Made by a program: the position numbers and the translations under genes. A DNA stretch of 64,000 bases. It comes from Anaeromyxobacteraceae bacterium. Lineage in GTDB: Bacteria; Myxococcota; Myxococcia; Myxococcales; Anaeromyxobacteraceae. Positions 43,553 through 52,635 of this stretch are shown here, piece by piece. The notes below the pieces were generated by a model. That model had not been told where the DNA came from. It made no database searches and worked only from the letters and a program-made list of their open reading frames with translations. Positions within the stretch are counted from its first letter, which is position 1, and every line of letters starts with the position of its first letter. The stretch is taken from contig JASGHJ010000001.1 of NCBI GenBank assembly GCA_047602405.1, positions 704,001 to 768,000 on the forward strand. The letters are read 5' to 3'.

Positions 43553-44847
43553 AGAACTGGTCCAGGAACCAGGAGGTCCAGAAGCGCGCCCAGAAGGTCC
43601 TGCCGCTGGGCGTGAACTCCAACTTCCGCTTCTGGGGCGAGGGGCTCACGCCCTACGTGAAGAAGGCGAAGGGCGCGCGCCTGTGGGACGTGGGCGGGAA
43701 CGAGTTCATCGACTACCGCCTCGCGTTCGGCCCGATCATCCTCGGCCACGCGTACGACGCGGTGGACGACAAGGTCGCGAGCGAGATCCGCAACGGCGTC
43801 CTCTTCGCGATGACCGGCGAGCTCGAGCTCGAGGTCGCGGAGATGATCGTCGCGATGTGCCCGGCGGTGGAGATGGTGCGGATGGCCTGCTCCGGCACCG
43901 AGGCCACCATGCACGCGATCCGCGTCGCGCGCGCGTACACCGGGCGTGATTTGCTGCTCAAGTTCGAGGGCAACTACCACGGCTTCCACGACCACACGCT
44001 CTGGAGCACCTACGCGCCGGTCGAGGCCTACGGCAACCGCCGCTCGCCGATCCCGATCCCGGCCTCCTCCGGCATCCCGAAGGCCTTCGGCGAGAACCTC
44101 ATCACGCTCGCCTTCAACGACGTGGAGGGCTTCGAGCGGGTCATGAAGTCGCACGGCGACCGCCTCGCCGCGGTCATCACCGAGCCCTGCCAGGGCAACT
44201 GCGCCGCCATCAACCCGGCGCCAGGCTTCCTCGACCTCATCAGGAAGCGCACGACGGAGCACGGCGCGCTCTTCATCCTCGACGAGGTGAAGACCGGCTT
44301 CCGCATCGCCCGCGGCGGCGCGCAGGAGTACTACGGCATCCGCCCCGACCTCGCGACCTACGCGAAGGCGCTCGGCAACGGCTACCCCGTCGCCGCGTTC
44401 GGCGGGAAGCGCGAGATCATGGAGATCATCGGCCACGGCGTCTCGCAGGGCGGGACGTACACGAACAACAAGCCCGGCATCGCCGCGGCGTGGGCGACGC
44501 TCAAGATCCTGAAGGACGAGCCCGTGATCGAGACCATCGAGAAGCGCGGCAAGCGGCTCATGGACGGGCTCGCCGGGATCTTCCGCGACAACGACGTCAA
44601 GGCCGTGCTGACCGGCTACCCCGGGATGTTCTCGTTCTCGCTCGGCGTGGACAAGGTCACCTGCCAGCGCGACTGGGCCGGCTCCGACCGCGAGCGCCTG
44701 CTGCGGCTCGCGGAGGCGGCGATGGAGCGCGGGGTGATGCCCGACTACGATCCGCGCGAGCCGTGGTTCCTGTGCTACTCGCACACGGACGCGGACGTGG
44801 ACCGGACGCTCGAGGTGTACTCGGAGATCGTGAAGACGGTGCGGTAG
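43549..44847 (+). CDS. Class III aminotransferase, glutamate-1-semialdehyde aminomutase-like
   Basis: GVNSNFR, SGTEATMHAIR.AR, FEGNYHG, DEVKTGFR, AKALGNGYP; context argues against true hemL. Confidence 0.85.
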   Translation: MKNWSRNQEVQKRAQKVLPLGVNSNFRFWGEGLTPYVKKAKGARLWDVGGNEFIDYRLAFGPIILGHAYDAVDDKVASEIRNGVLFAMTGELELEVAEMIVAMCPAVEMVRMACSGTEATMHAIRVARAYTGRDLLLKFEGNYHGFHDHTLWSTYAPVEAYGNRRSPIPIPASSGIPKAFGENLITLAFNDVEGFERVMKSHGDRLAAVITEPCQGNCAAINPAPGFLDLIRKRTTEHGALFILDEVKTGFRIARGGAQEYYGIRPDLATYAKALGNGYPVAAFGGKREIMEIIGHGVSQGGTYTNNKPGIAAAWATLKILKDEPVIETIEKRGKRLMDGLAGIFRDNDVKAVLTGYPGMFSFSLGVDKVTCQRDWAGSDRERLLRLAEAAMERGVMPDYDPREPWFLCYSHTDADVDRTLEVYSEIVKTVR

Positions 44848-44904
44848 GAAAGCCCGTCGAAGCGCCGTGGGGGCGCCTGGAAGACGGACCGCGGACGCGG
44901 TGGG

Positions 44905-44933
44905 TTGCGGTTACTACCAGGTCGTAATAGCTT
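44905..44933 (+). promoter_or_regulatory. TA-operon promoter with an inverted-repeat operator
   Basis: TTGCGG, 17 bp, TAGCTT; spacer is the imperfect palindrome TTACTACC-A-GGTCGTAA. Confidence 0.65.
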
Positions 44934-44948
44934 CTACCTGGAGCCCCG

Positions 44949-45248
44949 ATGCCCGCGAAGGCGAACATGGCCGTCAAGCTCGACCCCGCCATCCGGGAGC
45001 GGCTCCGGGCGCTCGGGGTCTCCAAGCGGCGGAGCCCCCACTGGCTGATGGTCGAGGCCATCCGCACGTATGTCGAGCGCGAGGAGGAGGCCGAGCGTTC
45101 CCGCGCCGAGACGCGAGAGCGCCTCGCGCGCTACGACGCCACGGGTGAGTACATCGCCGACGAGGACGTGGTCGCATGGCTCGAGGGCTGGGGCACCTCG
45201 AAGGAGCGCCGCCCGCCGACGCGGACGCGTAAGGTCCGGACGCGGTGA
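44949..45248 (+). CDS. CopG/RHH antitoxin
   Basis: VKLD..RERL..RSPHWLM.EAI..YVEREE..V.AWLE.WGT. Confidence 0.88.
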   Translation: MPAKANMAVKLDPAIRERLRALGVSKRRSPHWLMVEAIRTYVEREEEAERSRAETRERLARYDATGEYIADEDVVAWLEGWGTSKERRPPTRTRKVRTR

Positions 45249-45532
45249 TGCGGCTCGCGCTCCGGTGGACGCCGGACGCCGTCCAGGACCTCGCCAGGCT
45301 CCGCGCCTTCATCGGTTCCAGGAACTCCGCCGCGGCGGCGCGGGCCGCCGGTCGCATCCTCCAGGCCGCCGCGATGCTGCGCGAGCGCCCGGAGCTCGGC
45401 CGCGCGGTCGAGGGAGAGGACTGGCGGGAGCTGGTCGTCCCGGCGGGCCGCGGCGCCTACGTGCTGCGGTACCGCATGGACGACGACGCGGTGGTCATCG
45501 CGCGCGCCTGGCACACGCGCGAGCACCGTTGA
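45245..45532 (+). CDS. RelE/ParE-family toxin
   Basis: WTPDAVQDLARL, PELGR, RELVV..YVLRY..WHTRE; overlaps the antitoxin stop. Confidence 0.9.
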   Translation: MMRLALRWTPDAVQDLARLRAFIGSRNSAAAARAAGRILQAAAMLRERPELGRAVEGEDWRELVVPAGRGAYVLRYRMDDDAVVIARAWHTREHR

Positions 45533-46211
45533 GCGGACCCCGAAGGGGCCACCGCCAGGCCGCAAGCCCGACGACGAGCACCGCTCCGCCCGCGATGGCC
45601 ACGTGCGCCGCGAACGCCGGGTTCGCGCCCGCCCCGCGCAGCAGCGGCGCGAGGATCATCACGCCGGCGTAGCACGCGAGCGCGGCGCCGAGGCGGACCG
45701 GCGAGCGCGCGAGGCGGTGCGCGGCGAGGTGCAGGAGCACGAGGACGCCGAGGAACACGACCACGCCCGAGAGCTCGTGCAGGCGGTCGCCGTCGAGGCC
45801 GGCGAAGCCGACGTCGTGGGTCCAGAGCGGGATGGCGACGAGGATGCGGGCGGCGTTCGCGAGGATCGTGGCAGCGTAGGCCGCGGCGGCGGACGCCGCG
45901 AGGATGGCGGCGTTTCCACCCGGTGAGCGGGACGGCCGCACGAACGCGAGCACCAGCGAGCCGAACGCGACGATGAGGAAGTTCACGCCGGCGCAGGCCG
46001 GGGCGATGACGAAGCGCAGCTCGGTGGAGAGGTAGCCGCCGCTCGTCCAGTCGAACCGGTAGCCGCCGGCGAGCTCGACGAGCGCGGTCGTGGGCGTGAG
46101 CACGAACCGCAGGTCCGCCGCCGTGGCGCCCGAGTAGAAGGCCTTGAGCGCCCAGGCGGCGAGACCCGCGACGGCGAGGACCGCGACGGCGGCTGCGGTG
46201 CGGGCCCTCAT
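45495..46211 (-). CDS. xrtK: Exosortase K-like protein-sorting transpeptidase
   Basis: LKAFYS..DLRFVL.PT..LVE, catalytic-type motifs IAPACAGVNF, ANAARI, RLHE. Confidence 0.8.
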   Translation of the reverse strand: MRARTAAAVAVLAVAGLAAWALKAFYSGATAADLRFVLTPTTALVELAGGYRFDWTSGGYLSTELRFVIAPACAGVNFLIVAFGSLVLAFVRPSRSPGGNAAILAASAAAAYAATILANAARILVAIPLWTHDVGFAGLDGDRLHELSGVVVFLGVLVLLHLAAHRLARSPVRLGAALACYAGVMILAPLLRGAGANPAFAAHVAIAGGAVLVVGLAAWRWPLRGPLNGARACARRAR

Positions 46212-46218
46212 GATCGGC

Positions 46219-48252
46219 TCACCGGACCGCTGCGGTGGCGGCGCGGGAGCGCTTGAACCAGGCGAACCCGCCCACGCCAGCGGCGAGCGCCGCGAGCAGG
46301 GCGAGGCCGGGCTCGTCGCCACGCTGCACCTCTCCCCCGCCGACCGCGAGCGCGCTCACGCCCTGCGGGAGCGGGGACGGCTGGTCGACGTCCTTCCCCT
46401 GCCCGCCCGCGTTCCGGATCTCCTGCAGCACGGCCACGAACGAGGTGTGGCGGGTGAGGAGGTTGTACTCAAGCCCCAGCCGCGTGATCTCCTCGCGCTC
46501 GGCCTCGGTCTCGTCCCGACCGGAGAAGTCCGAGAGCGCCCCGATGCGCGTGCGGGCCCAGAGGTACCTGAGCGCGGGGTCCTGCGTGCGCTTCGCCGAC
46601 CGCCCGACGTCGATGACCTGCTCGAAGGGGCCGCGGCCGGTGGTGCCGGTCACGCGGATCCTGCCCTTCGCGGCACCCGTCCACTTGCCCTGGACGACGA
46701 TGGGCCGCTCGGCGAGGAGGTCCGGGATGCCGTGTGGCTCGACGTCGCTCGCCTCGAAGCCCTCGTAGGAGACCTTGATGCCGGTGAGCACCGGGGACGC
46801 GACGTAGCGGCGGAAGGCCTCGGCGACCGGCGGCGCCTCGGAGGCGCTCGTGACCACGAAGGCCTCGCCCATGCCGGCCTTCGCGACGCCGTCGACGAGG
46901 TAGCGGTTCACCGACGAGCCGATGCCGAACGAGAACACGTTCGCGTCGCCGACGTGGTCGCGGATGTACTCGAACATGCCGCGCTCGTCGGAGATGCCGC
47001 CGTCGGTGATCACGATGAAGCTCCGGGAGGTGCCTCTGGCGCGCGGCAGGCTCATCGCCTGGTGGAGCGCGGGGAGGAGCTCGGTGCCGCCGCCGCCGCG
47101 CTGCTGCTCGACGAGCGTGATGGCCTGCTTCACGTTCTCGCGAGTCGCCGGCAGGGAGCGCGGCGACCAGAGGACGCTCGCGCCGGAGAAGAGGATGACG
47201 TCGAAGCTGTCGGTCGGGCGCAGCCCGCCGATGAGGTCCTCGATGAGCCGCTTCGCGACGTCGAGCGGGAAGCCGTTCATCGAGCCCGAGACGTCGATGA
47301 TGAAGACGTACTCGCGGGGCGGCACGTCGGCGGGGGCCACGCGCTGGGGCGGCTCGACCGTGAGGAGGAAGAACTTCTCGCCGGGGCCGTCCTGCAGCAC
47401 GAGGCCGGACTCGACCTTGGCGCCGGAGAGCCGGTAGCGCAGCACGACGTCGCGGTTCCCGCCCCGCTGCTCGGTCGGCGCGAGCGAGACGCGCGCCTCC
47501 TTCGGCCCCGACCACGCGACGTCGACCTTGTGGGTCGTGACCCCGACCTCCTGGAGCGCGAGGCCGGTGACGAGGTGGGCCCTCCAGCCGAACGTGTAGG
47601 TCGGCGCCTTGCCCTCCTCGAGGTACGGGCTCTTCACGAAGCGGTCCTCGGCCGGTGCGGTGGCCTCCGCCTGGTTCGAGTACCGGGGCAGGACGACGGT
47701 CGGGTAGACGAACTCGTAGGTGCCGTCGGTCGGCACGAGGAGCTCCGTGTAGCGGAGCTCGACCTTCACGACGTCCCCCGGCATGACGTTCGAGACCTCC
47801 ATCGTGAAGACGTTGGGGCGGTGCTGCTCGAGGAGCGACGCGCTCTTCCCCTCCTTCTTCGCCTGCTCGAACGTGGCGCGCGCCTGCGCCTTCTCCTGGA
47901 TCTTCGCCTCGACGGTGCGCTCGCCGACGGTGAGCCGCATGCCGTGCACCGCGGCGCGGACGGAGGCCGGGAAGACGTAGCGCGCGTGGAGCGGCGTCGT
48001 GCCGGTGTTCGCGTAGACCTGCTCGACGGTGACGTTCGCGATGGGGCCGGCGACCTCGACCGAGGCGGAGGTCGACTCGAGCGGGAGCGCGTCGACGCCG
48101 GGCTCGGCGCCCTGGACCACGAAGTACGGGGAGAGGGTCTTCGTGGGCGGGCCGTCGAGCGGCGCGGCGCGCGCGAGCCCGGGCAGGAGGGCGAGGCAGG
48201 CGAGGAGGGCGGCGGTGGAGAGGCCGGCGGGGCGCGGGCGGGCAGAGGTCAT
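46219..48252 (-). CDS. Secreted VIT + vWA domain protein with a C-terminal sorting signal
   Basis: Signal peptide, VIT (YVFP..ASLLEQ.RPNVF), MIDAS DVSGS, ITDG; tail GDEP + TM helix + KRSR. Confidence 0.9.
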   Translation of the reverse strand: MTSARPRPAGLSTAALLACLALLPGLARAAPLDGPPTKTLSPYFVVQGAEPGVDALPLESTSASVEVAGPIANVTVEQVYANTGTTPLHARYVFPASVRAAVHGMRLTVGERTVEAKIQEKAQARATFEQAKKEGKSASLLEQHRPNVFTMEVSNVMPGDVVKVELRYTELLVPTDGTYEFVYPTVVLPRYSNQAEATAPAEDRFVKSPYLEEGKAPTYTFGWRAHLVTGLALQEVGVTTHKVDVAWSGPKEARVSLAPTEQRGGNRDVVLRYRLSGAKVESGLVLQDGPGEKFFLLTVEPPQRVAPADVPPREYVFIIDVSGSMNGFPLDVAKRLIEDLIGGLRPTDSFDVILFSGASVLWSPRSLPATRENVKQAITLVEQQRGGGGTELLPALHQAMSLPRARGTSRSFIVITDGGISDERGMFEYIRDHVGDANVFSFGIGSSVNRYLVDGVAKAGMGEAFVVTSASEAPPVAEAFRRYVASPVLTGIKVSYEGFEASDVEPHGIPDLLAERPIVVQGKWTGAAKGRIRVTGTTGRGPFEQVIDVGRSAKRTQDPALRYLWARTRIGALSDFSGRDETEAEREEITRLGLEYNLLTRHTSFVAVLQEIRNAGGQGKDVDQPSPLPQGVSALAVGGGEVQRGDEPGLALLAALAAGVGGFAWFKRSRAATAAVR

Positions 48253-48408
48253 GCCCGGCCTGGATTGCATGAGGGCTGCCAGGGGTGACGGAGCGTGGAA
48301 CCGGGCGGCGGGCCTGGGGAATTCGTGTCCGGCACCGCGGGCGTGGCCGCCGGGACGCGGGGCGTGTGCACCGCGGGACGCGGGTGGACCCGGACCGGTG
48401 ACGCCGGC

Positions 48409-48990
48409 TCACAGCGCCGCGAGGCTCGCCTCCACGGCGCGGTAGGCCATCCGCCGCCACACCGCGAGCGGGACCTCGCGACCCGCCCCGCCGGCGAGCC
48501 AGAGCGACGCCCAGCCGTGGACGGTGGCCCAGGCGCGCAGCGCGAGCTCGAGATCGGGCGCACCGCTCCGCACGAGGCCGGCCGCGCGACACTCCGCGAC
48601 GCGCGCGACGAGGAAGCGCAGCCCCTCGGAGAGCTCGCCCGGGCGCGCGCGCGGGAGCCCCACGCCCGCGAGGTCGTCCCAGGCCATGAAGACGAGCCGG
48701 TAGTCGTGCGGGTGCGTGAAGGCGAAGCGCAGGTACTCGCGTCCGGTGCGCACGAGGCGCTCGGCGGGCGTGCGGCCGCGGAGCGCGCGCGCGAGCCTCG
48801 CGCGGAGCGCCTCGCCACCCCGCGCGAGCGCGGCCGCGAGCAGCGCCTCCTTGCCGTCGAAGTGCCGGTAGATGGCGGTCGCCGAGACGCCGACCCGCTC
48901 CGCCACCCGGCGCATCGACAGCGCGCCGGCCCCACCCTCGAGGAGGAGGTCACGCGCCGCGGCCGCGAGCGCGTCGCGGGTCGGCGTCAC
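48409..48990 (-). CDS. TetR/AcrR-family regulator (WHG-type C-terminus)
   Basis: LSMRRVAERVGVSATAIYRHF..KEALL; WATVHG. Confidence 0.9.
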   Translation of the reverse strand: MTPTRDALAAAARDLLLEGGAGALSMRRVAERVGVSATAIYRHFDGKEALLAAALARGGEALRARLARALRGRTPAERLVRTGREYLRFAFTHPHDYRLVFMAWDDLAGVGLPRARPGELSEGLRFLVARVAECRAAGLVRSGAPDLELALRAWATVHGWASLWLAGGAGREVPLAVWRRMAYRAVEASLAAL

Positions 48991-49725
48991 CCGCGGCTCC
49001 AGCCGAGCCGGAGCGCGGTCCGGGCGCAGGCGTCCGCGCAGGAGGCGCACGCCACGCAGTCGAATCCGCCCGCCGCCCCCGTCGGCGACGTCGCGCGGGC
49101 GCAGGCCCGCCGGGCACGCGGCGTCGCACTTGCCGCAGTCCGCGCACGCGCCCGCGCCGCGGGAGAGCTGCAGCACCGGCAGGCGGAGCCGCCGCGCCGC
49201 CGTGGCCGGCAGGACGGAGAGCGGCGCCCACCAGCACACGTGCCGGCAGAACCCGCGCTTGCCGAGCGGCACCCCGGCGACGAGCACGAGGCCGAACATC
49301 GCGACGTAGATCACGGCGCTCCCGGCGCGGTCCCAGGAGACGACGTGCTCGGTCCTGTAGAGCGGGTCGAAGGTGCGCCAGCCCGGGCCTCGCGCGAGCG
49401 CCCAGCCGATCGCGGCCATCCAGGCCGCGAACAGGACCCAGCGCAGCGGCCGCAGCCACTTCACGGTGCGTGCGCGCCCGCCGAGCGCGCCGTCGAAGAC
49501 CTCCTGCAGCGCGCCGAGCGGGCAGGCCCAGCCGCAGCCCGCGCGGCCGAGGAGGAGCGCCGCGACGGTCCAGGTGATCCAGAACGCGACCGAGAACCCC
49601 GCGACCCCCTCGAGCGCGCCCATCACCGGCAGCGCCGGCGAGTAGTAGTTGAAGGTCAGCGGGAACAGCAGGAGGAAGCCGAGGAGGAGGGCGCGGCGGG
49701 TGCGCTGGCGGGCCGGGACGATCAT
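48987..49725 (-). CDS. Membrane 4Fe-4S-binding protein (NapH/MauN-like), apparent frameshift at about 49064
   Basis: CGWACP, FCRHVC, CADCGKCDAACP; removing one base from GAATC restores DCVACASCADAC and a TGA overlapping the TetR start. Confidence 0.8.
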
Positions 49726-49728
49726 GCA

Positions 49729-49743
49729 GTTAACAGCGTTAAC
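49729..49743. promoter_or_regulatory. Probable TetR operator
   Basis: Palindrome GTTAAC-AGC-GTTAAC 3 bp upstream of the operon start codon. Confidence 0.65.
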
Positions 49744-49848
49744 CTGATCGGCCCTGGGGGCGGGATGCGGCGGTTGGCCGCGATCCAACTTGCCGGCTTC
49801 TGAGGGCTTTTCGGCACCAGCCGTTTGCACCCGACCGTGCGGCCGGGT

Positions 49849-49900
49849 CCCCCCCTCACCCCGGCACTCTCCCCACGCTGCGCGTGGAGGAGAGGGGGAG
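49849..49900. repeat. REP-like palindromic element, family B
   Basis: CCCCTCACCCCGGCACTCTCC-CCACGC-TGC-GCGTGG-AGGAGAGGGG; single copy in the window. Confidence 0.55.
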
Positions 49901-49911
49901 TGGATCGAGCC

Positions 49912-51141
49912 TCACACCGCGAACGACCAGCCGGGCTTCTTCGTCGCGACGACCTTCATGCCGCGCGGCTTCAGGCGGGCGAAGAAGGGCTTCCAGGGGA
50001 CGACGCGCTCCGGGGGCAAGGCGCCGCGCCCGGTGATCTCCCTCGCCGCGAGCATCTGGGCGGCGACCGCCGGCGGCGAGCCGGTGTCGATGTCGAGGCC
50101 GATGCCCCAGGCCGGCATGCCCTTCGTGTGGAGGTCCACGACCCAGGTCTGCTTCCTCTCCGCCGCGGTGCCCTTGACGATCGCGCGGACGATCTCGTAC
50201 TGGCGCAGGGGACCGAGCCGGCGCGCGCGACGCTGGTTCATGGCGACGTGGTTCGCGACGTCGATGGGGCGCACCGAGACACCGGCGATCGAGATGGGGT
50301 CATGGGAGGCCATGCCGAGGTCGCGGAGGAACCGGACCTTCTCGACGAAGTCCGGGTCGAAGGCGATCTTGAAGCTCACCTCCCGGACGCCCTTCTCCCG
50401 GTAGCTGTCCGGGAGCGTCGCGACCTCGGAGTGGATCGTGTACATCGGCACCACGGTGCCGACCGGCGGCGGGAAGCGGTGCGGCTTCGCGCCGGTCATG
50501 GGCTGCACGAACCGGAGCTCGCCCTTCGTGAACACGGCGGGCGCGAGCGAGAACTCCTCGAGGATGGTCTTGAGCGAGTACGAGACCGGGAGCGCCGGGA
50601 CGTCCAGGTAGCGCGAGCGGTCGGAGCCGCCCACGCGGATGTGGATTTCGCGGACCTCGTCGAGCTGCTCCGCGCCCTGGCGCGCCAGCAGGTTCGCGAC
50701 GCCGGGCGCGGCGCCCATGCCCAGGATCGCGGTGAGGCCGGCCTCCCGGAAGCGCGCGTCGAGCTCGAGCTGCTGCCTCGTCACGTGGAACAGCCCACCC
50801 ATGTCGACGTAGTGGGCCCCGGCGAGGAGCGCGGCCTCCATGACGTCGAGGTTGCGCTGGTAGTGGACGGCGTTGATCACGCAGAACGCGCCGGCGAGCG
50901 CCTTGGCGGTCCCCGCGTGGTCGCTCACGTCCACCCGGACCCCACGCACGCGCGGCTTGCCCGCCGCGAGCGAGGCGGCGAGCTGCTCGGCCTTCGCGAA
51001 GTCGTGGTCCGCGATGACGATCTCGTCCTCGGGGGCGCAGGTCTCGACGAGATCCCGCACGGTGATCCGCCCCATCGCGCCGGCCCCTCCCACCACCGCG
51101 AACGTGCGCGGCGTGGGCCCGGCGGGCTCGCGGCGGATCAC
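49912..51141 (-). CDS. Saccharopine dehydrogenase-family oxidoreductase
   Basis: VVGGAGAMG, HYVDMGG, GMGAAPG..N, HSEVATLP; GTG start overlaps the ALDH stop. Confidence 0.88.
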   Translation of the reverse strand: MIRREPAGPTPRTFAVVGGAGAMGRITVRDLVETCAPEDEIVIADHDFAKAEQLAASLAAGKPRVRGVRVDVSDHAGTAKALAGAFCVINAVHYQRNLDVMEAALLAGAHYVDMGGLFHVTRQQLELDARFREAGLTAILGMGAAPGVANLLARQGAEQLDEVREIHIRVGGSDRSRYLDVPALPVSYSLKTILEEFSLAPAVFTKGELRFVQPMTGAKPHRFPPPVGTVVPMYTIHSEVATLPDSYREKGVREVSFKIAFDPDFVEKVRFLRDLGMASHDPISIAGVSVRPIDVANHVAMNQRRARRLGPLRQYEIVRAIVKGTAAERKQTWVVDLHTKGMPAWGIGLDIDTGSPPAVAAQMLAAREITGRGALPPERVVPWKPFFARLKPRGMKVVATKKPGWSFAV

Positions 51142-52635
51142 GGGAGCTCCCGCTTCCGGTACGGGTACCAGAACGACTTCGCTTCCATCACGTAGTCGAT
51201 GTGGACGTGCTTCGCCTCGCGGAAGGCGTCGAGCCCCTCCTCCCCGAGCTCGCGGCCGACGCCGCTCCAGCGCATGCCGCCGAACGGGCCGGCGTCGTTG
51301 TCGGTGAGCGGATCGTTCACCCAGAAGGTGCCGGCCTTGATCCGGTCCATCGCGGTGAGCGCGAGCTCGAGGCTCTTCGTGTAGACGTTCGCCCCGAGGC
51401 CGTACCTCGAGTCGTTCGCCATCCGGATGGCGTCCTCCGCGTCGGCGGCCTCGATGAGCGCGACGACCGGGCCGAAGATCTCCTCCGTGGTCGGCAAGGA
51501 TCCGTGCTTCACGTTGGCGAGCACGGTCGGCTCGAAGAAGTTGCCGGGGCCCGGCATGGGCTTCCCCCCGAGCAGGAGCCTCGCGCCCTCGGCGACCGCG
51601 CGATCGACCTGCGCCTTCACCTTCTTCACCGCCTCCGCGGTGATGAGCGGCCCGACGTCGGTCTCCTGCCTCATGGGATCCCCGACGACGAGCGTCTTCA
51701 CGTGCTCGAGGAGGCGCCGGGTGAACTCCGGCATGAGCTCCTTCACGACGTAGATGCGCTTCGAGGAGGTGCAGACCTGGCCGGCGTTGAGGAGCCGCGC
51801 CCAGGCGACGCCCCGCACCGCCACGTCGAGGTCGGCGTCGCCGAACACGATGAACGGGTCGATGCCGCCGAGCTCGAGGTTCACCTTCTTGAGCTGCCGC
51901 CCGGCCTCGGCCGCGATGTGCCGGCCGACCTCGGTCGAGCCGGTGAACGCGACGAGGTCGACCTCCGGGTGCTGGAGCAGCGCCTCCCCCGCCCCCGCGC
52001 CGTCTCCGGTGACCACGTTCACGACGCCCATCGGCAGGGCCTCGAACGCCCTCGCCATCAGCAGGTTCGAGAGCGGGTTCTGGTGCGGTGGCTTCGCGAC
52101 GATCGTGTTCCCCGCCACGAGCGCCGGCGCCACCTTCCACGCCATGAGGAGGAGCGGGAAGTTGAACGGCACGATGGCGGCGACGACGCCGTACGGCTCC
52201 TTCACCGTGAAGTTGAGCTGGTGCGCCGCGACCGGCGGGATGGAGTTGCCGCGGCTCGCCCGCCCGACCTCGGCGTAGTACTCGAAGCAGGCGGTCACCC
52301 ACTCGATGCAGTCGAGCGACTCGATGAGCGGCTTCCCCGTCTCGAGCGTCATCAGCCTCGCGAGGTCGTGGCCCAGCTCCCGGATGCGCCCGGCGACGTT
52401 GCGGAGCACCACCGCCTTCTCGGCGCCCGGCTTGCGCCACCAGGCCTCCTGCGCGGCGCGCGCGGCCTTCACCGCGCGGTCGACGTCCTCGGCGCCGCAG
52501 TCCGGCACCACGCCGACGAGGGCGCCGGTGGCGGGGTTCCGGAATCTCACGGGTGGCCCGCGCGAGCGCGGGCACCCAGGCTCCGTTCACGAAGAGGCTG
52601 TGTGGCTTCGAAGCATGCGTCTCGGGTGTGGTCAC
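51138..52635 (-). CDS. Aldehyde dehydrogenase, apparent frameshift at about 52544
   Basis: LFVNGAWV in one frame, RNPATG..PFNFP, LELGG, NAGQVC, EEIFGPV in another; joined by removing one base from GAATC. Confidence 0.9.

Noticed and set aside
43549..44847. Calling this gene hemL
   Set aside because: Family resemblance only; context is amine catabolism
49811..49829. Sigma54-like CGGCAC..TTGCA
   Set aside because: GG-GC spacing is 2 bp too long and no gene lies downstream on that strand
48409..49830. Apparent 4Fe-4S membrane protein-TetR fusion (473-aa ORF)
   Set aside because: Created by the extra base at 49062-49066; correction restores the second Cys motif and a stop overlapping the TetR start
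49912..52635. 907-aa ORF joining an ALDH N-terminus to the saccharopine dehydrogenase
   Set aside because: Result of the frameshift at about 52544 plus stop-poor GC-rich off-frame sequence
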